The position numbers and the translations under genes were made by a program. The notes under the pieces were generated by a model. It was not told the origin of the DNA. It did not search any database and worked only from the letters and a program-made list of their open reading frames with translations. DNA of 64,000 bases from Syntrophorhabdaceae bacterium (GTDB lineage Bacteria; Desulfobacterota; Syntrophorhabdia; Syntrophorhabdales; Syntrophorhabdaceae): the NCBI GenBank assembly GCA_963665295.1, contig OY762209.1, forward strand, positions 5,280,001 through 5,344,000. Reading direction: 5' to 3'. Positions 33,215 to 42,797 of the stretch are shown here, in pieces; position 1 is the stretch's first letter, and every line of letters begins with the position of its first letter.

Positions 33215-34051
33215 ATGAAGGGTCATTCAGGAGAAGGAGGGGCGCCGGGGAGCGCGGCCGACGTCCCTGTAACCGCCTATTCGGACGGGGAGCGCTCGGA
33301 GGTGCATAACCTCATCGCCGTAGAGGAACCTCTCGAGGTTTTCATCAACAACACCCTCTTTTACACCACTATGCGGACGCCGGGAGAAGAAATATTCCTT
33401 GCCCTTGGCTATTGTTTCACCCGGGGCGTCATAGACTCCATCGATGATGTCCTCAGTCTTGCCTATTGCAGGGAGGGAACAGGAAACCGGATCGACCTTT
33501 TTCTTCCTTCAGATAAAGAGGGTAAGAGTCGCGTTGTGACGCCGAGAACTTTCACGGCTTATTCGAGCTGCGGCATCTGTGGATCCGACATAGTCAGGGA
33601 TATGAGTACTCTCCTTCCGAAGAAGGAAACGACGCTCTTCATAGGAGCCGGCAAGATACTTCTCTTCCACCGGACCCTGGAGAGCAGACAGGACGTGTTC
33701 CATGCCACCGGAGGCGCCCAGGCTGCCGGTATCTTCGACCCAACGGGCAACCTCCTTGCCTTCTCCGAGGACGTGGGAAGGCACAATGCCCTTGATAAGG
33801 CTATCGGACGGCTTGTGGCGGAGCGGAAACTTGATGAGCCCTCCGTGGTGGTCCTCACGTCGAGGCTGAGCTATGAAATGGTCCAGAAAGTTACCCGTAT
33901 CAACGCGGAGGTCCTTATCGGGGTTTCCTCGGCTACATCGCTCGCGGTAAGCCTGGCCCGGACCGTCAATCTCACCCTCGTCGGATTCTCGCGAAAAGAG
34001 AAAGGCATCATCTATACATGCCCCGAACGGATACTCCCGAACCACTCCTGA
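33215..34051 (+). CDS. fdhD: Formate dehydrogenase accessory sulfurtransferase
   Basis: EEPLE, TMRTPG, SSCGICG, TGG, EDVGRHNALDK. Confidence 0.93.
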   Translation: MKGHSGEGGAPGSAADVPVTAYSDGERSEVHNLIAVEEPLEVFINNTLFYTTMRTPGEEIFLALGYCFTRGVIDSIDDVLSLAYCREGTGNRIDLFLPSDKEGKSRVVTPRTFTAYSSCGICGSDIVRDMSTLLPKKETTLFIGAGKILLFHRTLESRQDVFHATGGAQAAGIFDPTGNLLAFSEDVGRHNALDKAIGRLVAERKLDEPSVVVLTSRLSYEMVQKVTRINAEVLIGVSSATSLAVSLARTVNLTLVGFSRKEKGIIYTCPERILPNHS

Positions 34052-34080
34052 TTGAAAGCGCCCGGGACCGCGGGCATATT

Positions 34081-36189
34081 TCACCGGGGCTGGGTGACGG
34101 GCGGTGACATATTTGAGGCGTCATGTTCGTCGGCGTCCGCGAACTCGATGGCAATCCCCTTGAATTCGCCTTCCACTGCGACGAAGGCGTCAACCACCGA
34201 GGGATCGAAGAAAACCCCTTTCAACTGTGTTATCATGGCCACTGCCTCTTCATGACTGAAAGGGGGTTTGTACACGCGCTGGGATACCAGGGCATCATAT
34301 ACATCCGCGATAGCCATTACCCTCCCCGACAGGGGGATATCCTCTCCCATCAGATGTTCGGGATACCCCGTCCCATCCCATTTTTCGTGGTGGGTATACG
34401 CCATTTCCTTCGCAAGGTCCAAAAAGGAGCTGTTGGTTCCGGTCCCGAACTTCTTCTCAGCCCTCTGAATCGCATCCCGTCCATATGAGGTATGTTTTTT
34501 CATCTCTTCAAATTCCTCCGCCGTAAGCTTTCCGGGTTTATGAAGGATATGGTCGGATACACCCACCTTTCCGATATCATGAAGGGGGGCGGACTTATAG
34601 AGGTTCTCCAGGGTCTCACTGTCAAGCAGTCCCGCGAAAGCATGGTTGTGGGACAACGCGGCGCACAGAGCCGCGACATAGCGCTGAGTCCTCAAGATGT
34701 GTCCCCCTGTCTCGCTGTCCCTCGCCTCCGTGAGCGATGCGAGGCAGCGGATCGTAAAGTCCTGAGTGAGGGTTAATTCCCTGCTCCTTAACTTCGCCTT
34801 TCGTTCCTCACGCCAGAATTTGAGCAAGGTGATGAGGGAAAAATCAGCCCCCAGGGTAATGAGGGGGACCACAGGAGAAAGGAAGGCGCCCGACCCATGG
34901 AGTATCCATGAGGAGGAGTGCCATAACCCTATCGCCCCCAGGCAAAGGAAGGCAAGGCTCCACAACGCCCCCGTCCAGGTAAGAAGGAGGGTGCAAAAGA
35001 ATCCGGCCCCCAGAATCAGCAACACCTCGAGAGCAGGCGCCCAATTCGGCCGGAAGAAGAAATCTCCGCTCAGGATGTTTTCCACAATGGTGGCATGAAC
35101 TTCTACGCCCGGCAACACGGTATCGACGGGGGTCGGGTGAAGATCGGCGAGTCCGACCGCTGAAGCGCCCACGAAGACGATTCGCCCTTTTACCCGATTA
35201 CTTCCGACAGCCCCTGAGAGAACGTCCGCTGCGGAAACGGAATCCAGGGTCCTGCTCTTCCCCCGGTACCGGATCAGCAGGTTGCCCCTCGCGTCGAGGG
35301 GTACCACCTTTCCGCCGAAACGGAGCGATTCGATCCCTCCCCGGTCCACGTGAAGAGTGAACTGCTTTATTTCAAGGGCCCGTGTGAGGGCGGCCAGGGC
35401 GAGGCTCGGAAAGAATTCGTTGTGGTACCCGATTACAAGCGGGACCCGGCGTATCACCCCATCCGTATCGGGAATTATGTTAAGAAATCCGGAACAGGAA
35501 ACCGCTCGCGCGAGAACTCCTATATTGCAGACCGCGCCCTGCCCCTGATAAAGAAACAGGGTATCTTTCACACCGCCTTTTCCCCCGGTCACCGCCACGT
35601 TGATCGGATTAAGGAGACAGCCGGCATGAAGCGGAGATTGTGACGCGGAAAATGAGAACTTGTACGCCAGCACAAAGGGTCCCCGGGAGAGGACCTGTGA
35701 GAGGGCCTTGTCGTTGTCCATAAACGATTCGGGAACACCGTTCATGGGCACTGTAAAATCGAGTTCCCGGTAGATATCCCTCCGGATAACCGCGAGGGAA
35801 GTCCGGTCGGGTTCCGCGAAAATCATGTCGAGGCCGATGCTCGATGCACCCAGACCTTCAATCTTTTCGAGCAGTCTCGCAAGGCGGTACCGGGGCCATG
35901 GCCACTGACCGTATTCGGACAGGCTCCGTTCATCGAGATCGACTACAAGCGGGGCCCGGGCCTTATCACGGATCTGTTCAGGCCTCTCTCTGAGCATGGT
36001 GTCATAGAATCTGTTGTCGAGAAACTCGATGAAGGCGGGCTTGAAGAGGTAGAAGAAGACCATGGCAACCGTAAGTATGGAACTGGCCAGTATGATTACT
36101 TTACGGGCCTTGCCCGGCCCCTGAAGCATAATATTGCGCCACATTCCGCTGCCCTTCATGAACGGCTCGCCTCGTCTTCGCCCTGACAT
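34081..36189 (-). CDS. CHASE2 domain membrane sensor with HD-GYP phosphodiesterase
   Basis: WPWPR, D..F.EP, DGVIRR, GVEVHA (CHASE2); TM helices; HDIGK, HHEKWDGTGYP, IADVYDAL. Confidence 0.92.
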   Translation of the reverse strand: MSGRRRGEPFMKGSGMWRNIMLQGPGKARKVIILASSILTVAMVFFYLFKPAFIEFLDNRFYDTMLRERPEQIRDKARAPLVVDLDERSLSEYGQWPWPRYRLARLLEKIEGLGASSIGLDMIFAEPDRTSLAVIRRDIYRELDFTVPMNGVPESFMDNDKALSQVLSRGPFVLAYKFSFSASQSPLHAGCLLNPINVAVTGGKGGVKDTLFLYQGQGAVCNIGVLARAVSCSGFLNIIPDTDGVIRRVPLVIGYHNEFFPSLALAALTRALEIKQFTLHVDRGGIESLRFGGKVVPLDARGNLLIRYRGKSRTLDSVSAADVLSGAVGSNRVKGRIVFVGASAVGLADLHPTPVDTVLPGVEVHATIVENILSGDFFFRPNWAPALEVLLILGAGFFCTLLLTWTGALWSLAFLCLGAIGLWHSSSWILHGSGAFLSPVVPLITLGADFSLITLLKFWREERKAKLRSRELTLTQDFTIRCLASLTEARDSETGGHILRTQRYVAALCAALSHNHAFAGLLDSETLENLYKSAPLHDIGKVGVSDHILHKPGKLTAEEFEEMKKHTSYGRDAIQRAEKKFGTGTNSSFLDLAKEMAYTHHEKWDGTGYPEHLMGEDIPLSGRVMAIADVYDALVSQRVYKPPFSHEEAVAMITQLKGVFFDPSVVDAFVAVEGEFKGIAIEFADADEHDASNMSPPVTQPR

Positions 36190-36213
36190 GGGGTATTCCT
36201 CCGTGGGGTCCGA

Positions 36214-36837
36214 CTATCGAACAGTCACCTCGACCCTTCTGTTCTTCGGTTCGGGAACGTTATCAAGGGTTTTGATTATCGGATTGTCCTCTCCATGGGA
36301 GTCGATTTCTATGAAACGGGGGTCAACCCCCTTAGATACAAGGAGGGTCTTGATGCGCTCAGCCCTCTCAAAAGAAATCTCATAGTTCTTTTGTCTCGTC
36401 CCCACCCGGTCGGTATGACCCACTACGCTTATGTCGGTCGATTTTCGGGACTGGATCGCGGCGAGAAGGCCGGATATCGATTGCGCCGATTCCCCGGCAA
36501 GCTCGCTCGACCCTGTTTTGAAATAGAGGACAAATATTTCCGGCTGCGCGGGTTGTGCTGCAAGGGCGGCCCCAAAGATCCTTGATATTGTCTTCTCATC
36601 CATGGGTTGGGCTGTGGTTGGGCGGGTAACCGCGTCCTTCACCTCCGTCGAATGATTCGCCCTGTCGATAGTTTCAGTTCCCGCCTTGTTGGAGACGGTA
36701 ATCGTGCCTGTCTTACCGTCAGGATCGGCAACCAGGACTACAAGGTTCTTCGGCGCGGTCGAGCATGCCGACAGGAGAAAAAGCAGGAGAAGGACCATAG
36801 CCGACATGGGCTTGGCTGCATGGATAAAGGATTTCAT
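36214..36837 (-). CDS. OmpA-like (peptidoglycan-binding) lipoprotein
   Basis: LSAC lipobox; GHTDRVG, N..LS-like RA, NRRVEV. Confidence 0.88.
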   Translation of the reverse strand: MKSFIHAAKPMSAMVLLLLFLLSACSTAPKNLVVLVADPDGKTGTITVSNKAGTETIDRANHSTEVKDAVTRPTTAQPMDEKTISRIFGAALAAQPAQPEIFVLYFKTGSSELAGESAQSISGLLAAIQSRKSTDISVVGHTDRVGTRQKNYEISFERAERIKTLLVSKGVDPRFIEIDSHGEDNPIIKTLDNVPEPKNRRVEVTVR

Positions 36838-36859
36838 GGAACGCACGTCCCCCTTTGGA

Positions 36860-37306
36860 TCACTCGTCATCAATCTTGACGAGAAATTTGGTGCCCCGGA
36901 TACCGACAGTCGCAACGGGGGTCTCGAACCGCACGGATTGGGGCGAAAGACGTCCGATAATCCCGGAAACGTATGCTACCGTCCCCCTTATCATTCGCGT
37001 AACAATGGAAAGTTTTTCCTGGGCAGGGTTAAAAAGAAACTCGTCGATCACAATCTCGGTCCGAGGCCCGAGAGAAAACGTCGTATTGTCCTTGAAGGTT
37101 ATGCCCAGAGAACTGTCGGGCCCTGTCCGGAGGGTGTCACCTTTATAGAGATTCTCTTCCAGTTTTACTGCGAGCACCTTGCCCTGTCTCGCAACCAGCG
37201 CCTCACCGCTCACGGTCTTGACCCTCGCCACAACAGCCTGGGAATCGGCAAAGGCAGCGCCCGACGCGAAAAGGATGATGCACATCCCCATAACGACCAG
37301 TCTCAT
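36860..37306 (-). CDS. Secreted FecR-domain protein
   Basis: Signal peptide (AFA); GD.L.TG, F.D.T.F.LGP, TP.ATVGIRGT; GAGGAG RBS. Confidence 0.85.
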   Translation of the reverse strand: MRLVVMGMCIILFASGAAFADSQAVVARVKTVSGEALVARQGKVLAVKLEENLYKGDTLRTGPDSSLGITFKDNTTFSLGPRTEIVIDEFLFNPAQEKLSIVTRMIRGTVAYVSGIIGRLSPQSVRFETPVATVGIRGTKFLVKIDDE

Positions 37307-37592
37307 ATACACTCCTCTCAGGGTTCCCGTAAATTTCATCAATATTGATGTAATCTTACAGAAACTTCTTGTCCTTGTCAATTTACGGATGCCTGTTGAG
37401 CAAGCCGGGCAAGGTAACACCCGGAGCATGGCGGCCTCTCCTCCCCGTATGCCCCTGTTGTCATGCCCGAAATGTGCGCAAGAAAGGTTTGATTGTCATG
37501 AAAGGCATTTGATATACTGATTGTGGATGAAAGACAAAAAGTCCGGGCGACTTGAAACGCATGGGGCAGTGCGGGGTTGGAGGGGGCGGGAA

Positions 37593-38273
37593 ATGAAATA
37601 CGTGGTCCTTTTTCTTGCGGGCTTTTTCGCAATTGCCTCACTCGCCTCCTGCGCGGCCCCGACAAGGACTACCTTCGGGCCTATAGCAGACCCTCTCTCC
37701 AAAGTAGAACCCCCTCCACGGCGTCGTGAACCGCCGAAGAACGTCTTTGTTCTCATAGAAGACCATGAAGGCAAGACAGGGAGGATTACTGTGGGGAACA
37801 AGGAAGGGACCCAGGATATCACCCGGCCGGGACTCGCCGCGGAAGTAAAAGATGCCGCCAGTTCTCCCGCTCCCCCTACGCTCATGAGCGAAGAGGAGAT
37901 CAATAGGATCTTCGGCGCCGCCCTGTCGGCGCTGCCTCGGCCTCCCCTGACGTTTACACTCTATTTCAAAAACGGTTCGACCGACTTCACGGAAGAATAT
38001 GCGAAGGGTTTTCCTTCTGTTCTCGCTGCCATCGATGCGAGGAAATCAAGGGAAATCGTCGTGACAGGACATGCCGACAGGGTGGGCACGAGACAGAGAA
38101 ACTATGACCTTTCCCGCAACAGGGCTCAAAGGGTCAAAGAAATCCTCACGTCAAAAGGCATTGATCCGGAGGCCGTAGAGACCGAGTGGCACGGAGAGGA
38201 CGAACCTCTCGTCAAAACCGACGATGAAGTGGCGGAACCGAGGAACCGCAGGGTCGAAGTTACCGTAAGGTAG
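37593..38273 (+). CDS. OmpA-like lipoprotein (paralogue of 36214-36837)
   Basis: LASC lipobox; GHADRVG, NYDLSRNRA, NRRVEVTVR. Confidence 0.88.
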   Translation: MKYVVLFLAGFFAIASLASCAAPTRTTFGPIADPLSKVEPPPRRREPPKNVFVLIEDHEGKTGRITVGNKEGTQDITRPGLAAEVKDAASSPAPPTLMSEEEINRIFGAALSALPRPPLTFTLYFKNGSTDFTEEYAKGFPSVLAAIDARKSREIVVTGHADRVGTRQRNYDLSRNRAQRVKEILTSKGIDPEAVETEWHGEDEPLVKTDDEVAEPRNRRVEVTVR

Positions 38274-38362
38274 CCTTTTACCTGCGCGAGGGTTAAGATT
38301 CACGGGGCATGAAAGGCGAGCGGACACACAACTCCCCATTCGTGCAGGAAAGGCCTGAAAGG

Positions 38363-39370
38363 CTAATAGCCCACCACTGCCATGCCTTCGGAAAACCGGG
38401 ACACCTGTGTAAACCGCGGACTGATCGCCATGGTCCCGTCCGTCCTGATGAAACCCCATACATTCTCCACCAGTACGGCCGCGAGCCCTTCCGAGAAGTC
38501 TTCCCCGTAGTAGAAGACCGGATCGATGACAATCCTTCCGGCCTTGTCGATATACCCGTACTTCGCTCCCTGCTTCACAACCGCCCGCCCATCCCGGAAG
38601 TTACCCGCCCATTCAAAACGGAGAGGGATGATTTCCCTCCCGACTTTGTCAATGAAACTCCAGTTTGTCCCTTTCCTCACCCGGGCGAGGCCCTCCCGGA
38701 AGTTGTCGGTTTCAAAATAAAGGGTTTCAATGACCGTTTTTCCGCTCCTGTCCACAAAACCCCAGTACGTGCCCCGCTGCACGCGGGCGAGGCCCTCCGA
38801 AAAATCATCGGCGTCATCAAACTGAAAATCTATGACCATCTTTCCATCCTTCGATATATATCCCCATTTTTCCCCCACCTGCGCCCGAGCAAGGCCCTCC
38901 GCAAATCTTCCTGCGCCGTTAAATCCGGAGCCAATGACATATTTCCCTTCCCCGTTGATCCAACCGTATTTCCTACCTGTTCCCGCTGAGGCAAGGCCTT
39001 CGGAGAAATCACCGGCGTCAGTAAACTGGGGATGGACCGCGTAGTATCCCGATCTATGCACATACCCCCACTTGCCTCCCGCCTTCACGCGGGCGAGGCC
39101 TTCCTTGAAGGGCCCCCTGTCTTCAAACCGGACGCCTATGACCGTCTTTCCTTTTCTGTCGATGTAGCCCCATCTCCCTGCAATAGCCGTGGCCGCAAGC
39201 CCTTCGGAAAAGGGATCGGCCTCGATGAACCTTCGATCCAACGCCGTTCTCCCTGTCTTATCGATAAACCGGCACTCCAGGGCGGGGGTTGTTATCCCCT
39301 GGTCCAGGGTGCTGCACGACACGAGGCCAAACATGACCAGGGCCATGACAAAGATGGCGGTCCCTCTCAT
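38363..39370 (-). CDS. WG-repeat lipoprotein
   Basis: Lipobox VSC; about eight 35-aa repeats FSEGLA.V....WG.ID..G. Confidence 0.9.
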   Translation of the reverse strand: MRGTAIFVMALVMFGLVSCSTLDQGITTPALECRFIDKTGRTALDRRFIEADPFSEGLAATAIAGRWGYIDRKGKTVIGVRFEDRGPFKEGLARVKAGGKWGYVHRSGYYAVHPQFTDAGDFSEGLASAGTGRKYGWINGEGKYVIGSGFNGAGRFAEGLARAQVGEKWGYISKDGKMVIDFQFDDADDFSEGLARVQRGTYWGFVDRSGKTVIETLYFETDNFREGLARVRKGTNWSFIDKVGREIIPLRFEWAGNFRDGRAVVKQGAKYGYIDKAGRIVIDPVFYYGEDFSEGLAAVLVENVWGFIRTDGTMAISPRFTQVSRFSEGMAVVGY

Positions 39371-39608
39371 AAATCCTCCTCCTCAGTCAGCAAAACAGTT
39401 CGTTCCGGAACCAAGACAGCCTTTCAAGATGTCCCGGGTCGTGCCTTCTTCCTCTCCCCTTTTGGGGACCTCTCTGTAAGCATACAGGAACAAAAGGACG
39501 GTTGCAAGCACGGCCCCCGTTGCCCGGGAGGGGAAAAATGAATATGTTTTCTGCAGGAGGCGGCGGATCACGGCAACAGGACCTCACTACAGGGAAAGGA
39601 GGAAAAGC

Positions 39609-40058
39609 ATGAAGTCGATGGGATATTCACGGAGAGCGCTCTCGGCCGCGGCATTGCTGGTCGCGTGGCCGTTACTGGTTTTCGCCCAACAAACGGGCGA
39701 GCCTTCGGCAAACTCAACCCCTGCCGCGCAGGAAGAGGCTGCCACAACGAAGCAGGACACGGGGACATCGGAAAAATCTTCGAGCACTTACAAAGGGGAG
39801 GCAAAGAAAGAGATAAAGGACCTCAACAGGAAGATAGCAGCCCTCGGCAGGCAGATCAGGAAGGAAAGAGCAAAGGCGGGGGCCGAGGCAAAGGAAAGTT
39901 GGAGGGACCTGAAGATAAAGCAGACGGAAGCGAAGAAACAATTGAAGGAGCTTTCATCCGCAAGAGAGGAAGCCTGGGAAGAGACAAAATCCGAGTTCCG
40001 CAAATCCGTCGACGAGGTCCGCAAGGCCTACGACAAGACCGCGTCGTACTTCAAATGA
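39609..40058 (+). CDS. Hypothetical secreted coiled-coil protein
   Basis: Signal peptide (VFA), Lys/Glu-rich helical body, AGGAGG RBS. Confidence 0.7.
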   Translation: MKSMGYSRRALSAAALLVAWPLLVFAQQTGEPSANSTPAAQEEAATTKQDTGTSEKSSSTYKGEAKKEIKDLNRKIAALGRQIRKERAKAGAEAKESWRDLKIKQTEAKKQLKELSSAREEAWEETKSEFRKSVDEVRKAYDKTASYFK

Positions 40059-40064
40059 GTTTTC

Positions 40065-40108
40065 GAACGTGAAGGGCAGAACTGTTTCCTGTCCCGCCCT
40101 TCACGTTC
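40065..40108. terminator. Hairpin between convergent genes
   Basis: GAACGTGAAGGGC / GCCCTTCACGTTC perfect 13-bp stem. Confidence 0.6.
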
Positions 40109-40159
40109 AGCGCAATCCTATACCCCTGATCCGGCGTCGCGCCATGACGCGTTGTGCCG

Positions 40160-40465
40160 TTACTTCTTGCTTTCCCTGGTCTTCCTGTCGTATTTGTCGC
40201 GAACCGCCTTGAGTTCATCCGGGGTTCGGCATATCTGTTCCGCCTGTACGGCTTCCATGTTCTTCAAAATGGAAAACCCGTATTTCTCGCTATATGTGGT
40301 CTGACCCCACACGACATCCTCAACCACGGAATGGTCCTCTTTCCTCATTACCTTCCAACCTTCCGGGGTTTCCCATGCCAAAGGTTCCTTTTCAACCGCC
40401 CTGACGATGGCGTCGGCGTCCAATGCACCTGCGCGCTCCACGGCAGCCTTTATAGAATAAAATAG
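40160..40465 (-). pseudogene. C-terminal fragment of an ABC transporter (LivK-like) substrate-binding protein
   Basis: IKAAVERAG.LD.DAIV.AVE...ETPEG...MRKEDH is typical of SBP C-termini; no room for the N-terminal ~300 aa. Confidence 0.6.
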
Positions 40466-40479
40466 ACCTTCACGACGAA

Positions 40480-42006
40480 TCAATCCGCCAGGTCGCCCGT
40501 ATCTTCCTTGACGCCTGCAACGGAAGAGGCTCCCGTCTTTTCCGGGTACGGCAGATGAAAATCATGTACCGTAATATATTGAGCGATCAAGTCTTTCGTA
40601 TCAACTACGCCGAGTTGCCCGAACAAGAAGGCAAACTGGTCGTAGAGCTTCTCGGCGACGCCTGCCCGGACCTCTTCCGGCATGGTCCACACCATCCATT
40701 TGAAAGGGCCTGTGGCCTGTTTACGGGTGCTGTAGGCAAACTGGGCAAAGGTCTTACCGGCCTTCCACTCTCCCCTGAATTTGTCCGCGAGAAACTGTTC
40801 TATCTCGCTTTGCAGGCCTTTCACTTTATAGATCCCGCCGTCGAAGGTGATATTCTGAAAACCGGTGGCGAGATGAACCTCTACCGCCTTATGCTTCGGA
40901 AACAGGCTGAAGGCGTTATCCGGCAACGTGGACGCTCCATGCTGAACCGAACCGGCCCATCCGTACTTCCTCCCGATGTCCGTTGCCATCTTCAATATGT
41001 CAAAGGCTATGGCTACATCGGCCACCGACCCGTCGGGAAGCGGTGTGCCTCCGTGGGCGGTGCCGTCATTCACCGCTATCTTCCGAATACCGAGGGCAGG
41101 GTCGATCCCCAACCGCTTCATATTCGCGATGATGCCTTCGGCGTACGCCTCGAGGTCTTCCTTTCTCGTGTTCATTTTTCCGACTTCGCCCGTTTCTCCC
41201 CCCAGCAACACCGTCCAGGGAATTCCAAGCTCCTTTTCCAGGGCCCTTACATCGGCGATCTTCTCGGCGGTCAATCTCGCGTTTTCCGCCTGCTGTTCTT
41301 CAAAGGAAAGATTTTCCTCGGTCCTCCGCTCAAAGGGGGACATATCGAGATCGATCGACCCGAAACCTGCGGCCAGTAAATCCCGAATAAGAGACCTGTG
41401 GGCATTTATTTCTTTCGTTGCCCCTTCTCCGCCATCCCTGACCGGTTTCGATTTCAACTGCACGTGGTCGCCCTGAAGGAAAAGGGGCCCCTGAAACCCT
41501 TCCAGCATCGCCGCTGCCTGAAGGACCGCGGCAAATTCCGCCGGGCTCTGACTGGTATAACCCATTTCGGAACGGGCTATTTCGATAATAAGCGCCCCGA
41601 CCTTATTGTCGTTGGCGGCCTTGAACAACGCCCTTGCGGTATCGAGTGCGCCCACACGGATATTGACTGCAGGAAAAGACATTTCCCTGGTTATCCGGCC
41701 CTCTGCTATGGCAACATATGCTTCCTGGGGAGATGCGAGTTTTACATTGAGCTGCTGCGCCGCTTCACCTATTATCCATCTGGATAGTGTCTGCACATCG
41801 GCGGGAGCGCTCTTCTCGCCAAAATCAACTGCGTTGGCCGCCAATGTCGGCAATGAACCCACAAAGGCATCCCTGTTTTCTATATGAATCGCGCCTTTAC
41901 TTACAGTTGCGCCTTTCAGGCCGTTGCTCAACAGATCGTTTCTATTCGCAAAAACCTTGATCGCCGACGTTTGATGGACCATATTCGCACCGATTCTTAA
42001 TGCCAT
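40480..42006 (-). CDS. Class II fructose-bisphosphate aldolase family protein
   Basis: PAVN, QGDH, GETGEVG, GTAHGG, VQHGAS metal-binding motifs. Confidence 0.85.
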   Translation of the reverse strand: MALRIGANMVHQTSAIKVFANRNDLLSNGLKGATVSKGAIHIENRDAFVGSLPTLAANAVDFGEKSAPADVQTLSRWIIGEAAQQLNVKLASPQEAYVAIAEGRITREMSFPAVNIRVGALDTARALFKAANDNKVGALIIEIARSEMGYTSQSPAEFAAVLQAAAMLEGFQGPLFLQGDHVQLKSKPVRDGGEGATKEINAHRSLIRDLLAAGFGSIDLDMSPFERRTEENLSFEEQQAENARLTAEKIADVRALEKELGIPWTVLLGGETGEVGKMNTRKEDLEAYAEGIIANMKRLGIDPALGIRKIAVNDGTAHGGTPLPDGSVADVAIAFDILKMATDIGRKYGWAGSVQHGASTLPDNAFSLFPKHKAVEVHLATGFQNITFDGGIYKVKGLQSEIEQFLADKFRGEWKAGKTFAQFAYSTRKQATGPFKWMVWTMPEEVRAGVAEKLYDQFAFLFGQLGVVDTKDLIAQYITVHDFHLPYPEKTGASSVAGVKEDTGDLAD

Positions 42007-42327
42007 AATTATTTCCCCCTTTAAATCGTATTAGAAAACTGACAGGAATAGCTTTTCGGCATGACATAAGAATAGCAGAACAAAGGCAAACCATCAATAT
42101 ATTCTGAGCGCGACAGGGAGTAGGGAAGGCAAAAGCTGCCGCCATATCCGGCTCGTAAGGCCTTAACATCTCAGGGTCTATGCCCCTGGGCCGGTGTGAT
42201 CGGTCTTCGCGACGCCTCCGATAGCCCCATAATCTATCCGATAAGATATTGACTTCCGCCTGTATTCATGAGATAAGGTCTCAGAGCTAGAATTTTCCGG
42301 CTTCAATAAAAAAAGGGGTGTTAAAGC

Positions 42328-42534
42328 ATGGCAAAAGGAACAGTGAAGTGGTTCAACGATTCTAAAGGTTTTGGATTCATCTCCCAGGAGGACGGCGAAG
42401 ACATCTTTGTCCACCATTCAGCTATCCAGGGAGAAGGTTTTAAGTCTTTATCGGAAGGTGACGCCGTTGAATTTGAAATCGTGAAGGGACCGAAGGGCCT
42501 GAACGCCGCAAACGTGAGGAAGGTTAAATCCTAA
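42328..42534 (+). CDS. Cold-shock protein (CspA family)
   Basis: [14 protein letters not shown] (RNP1), FVH (RNP2). Confidence 0.97.
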   Translation: MAKGTVKWFNDSKGFGFISQEDGEDIFVHHSAIQGEGFKSLSEGDAVEFEIVKGPKGLNAANVRKVKS

Positions 42535-42797
42535 GGAGCGACGGCAAAGCGACAGGCGCTCTCCATTGCCGAATTGCGTAGCGCAAAAGATTTAATCTGT
42601 CGACTTCCTTGAGGCGCGGGCCGACCGGGCGGGGCTGACAATACACACAGTGAACCCCTTCGGACCCGAGAAACCCGCTTCTCCACTTCTCAGACTTAAG
42701 GTGTCCGTGGCGATCCTTGCATTGGAGTCATAGATTTTTCTGCGTGAGAAGGCAGTCGTAAACTACGCATCAAAATAAACTGAAAAGGAAGCATAAA

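Noticed and set aside
38363..39370. Periodic DNA similarity as a CRISPR or other nucleotide array
   Set aside because: Explained by degenerate WG protein repeats; no identical repeats or cas genes were seen anywhere in the window.
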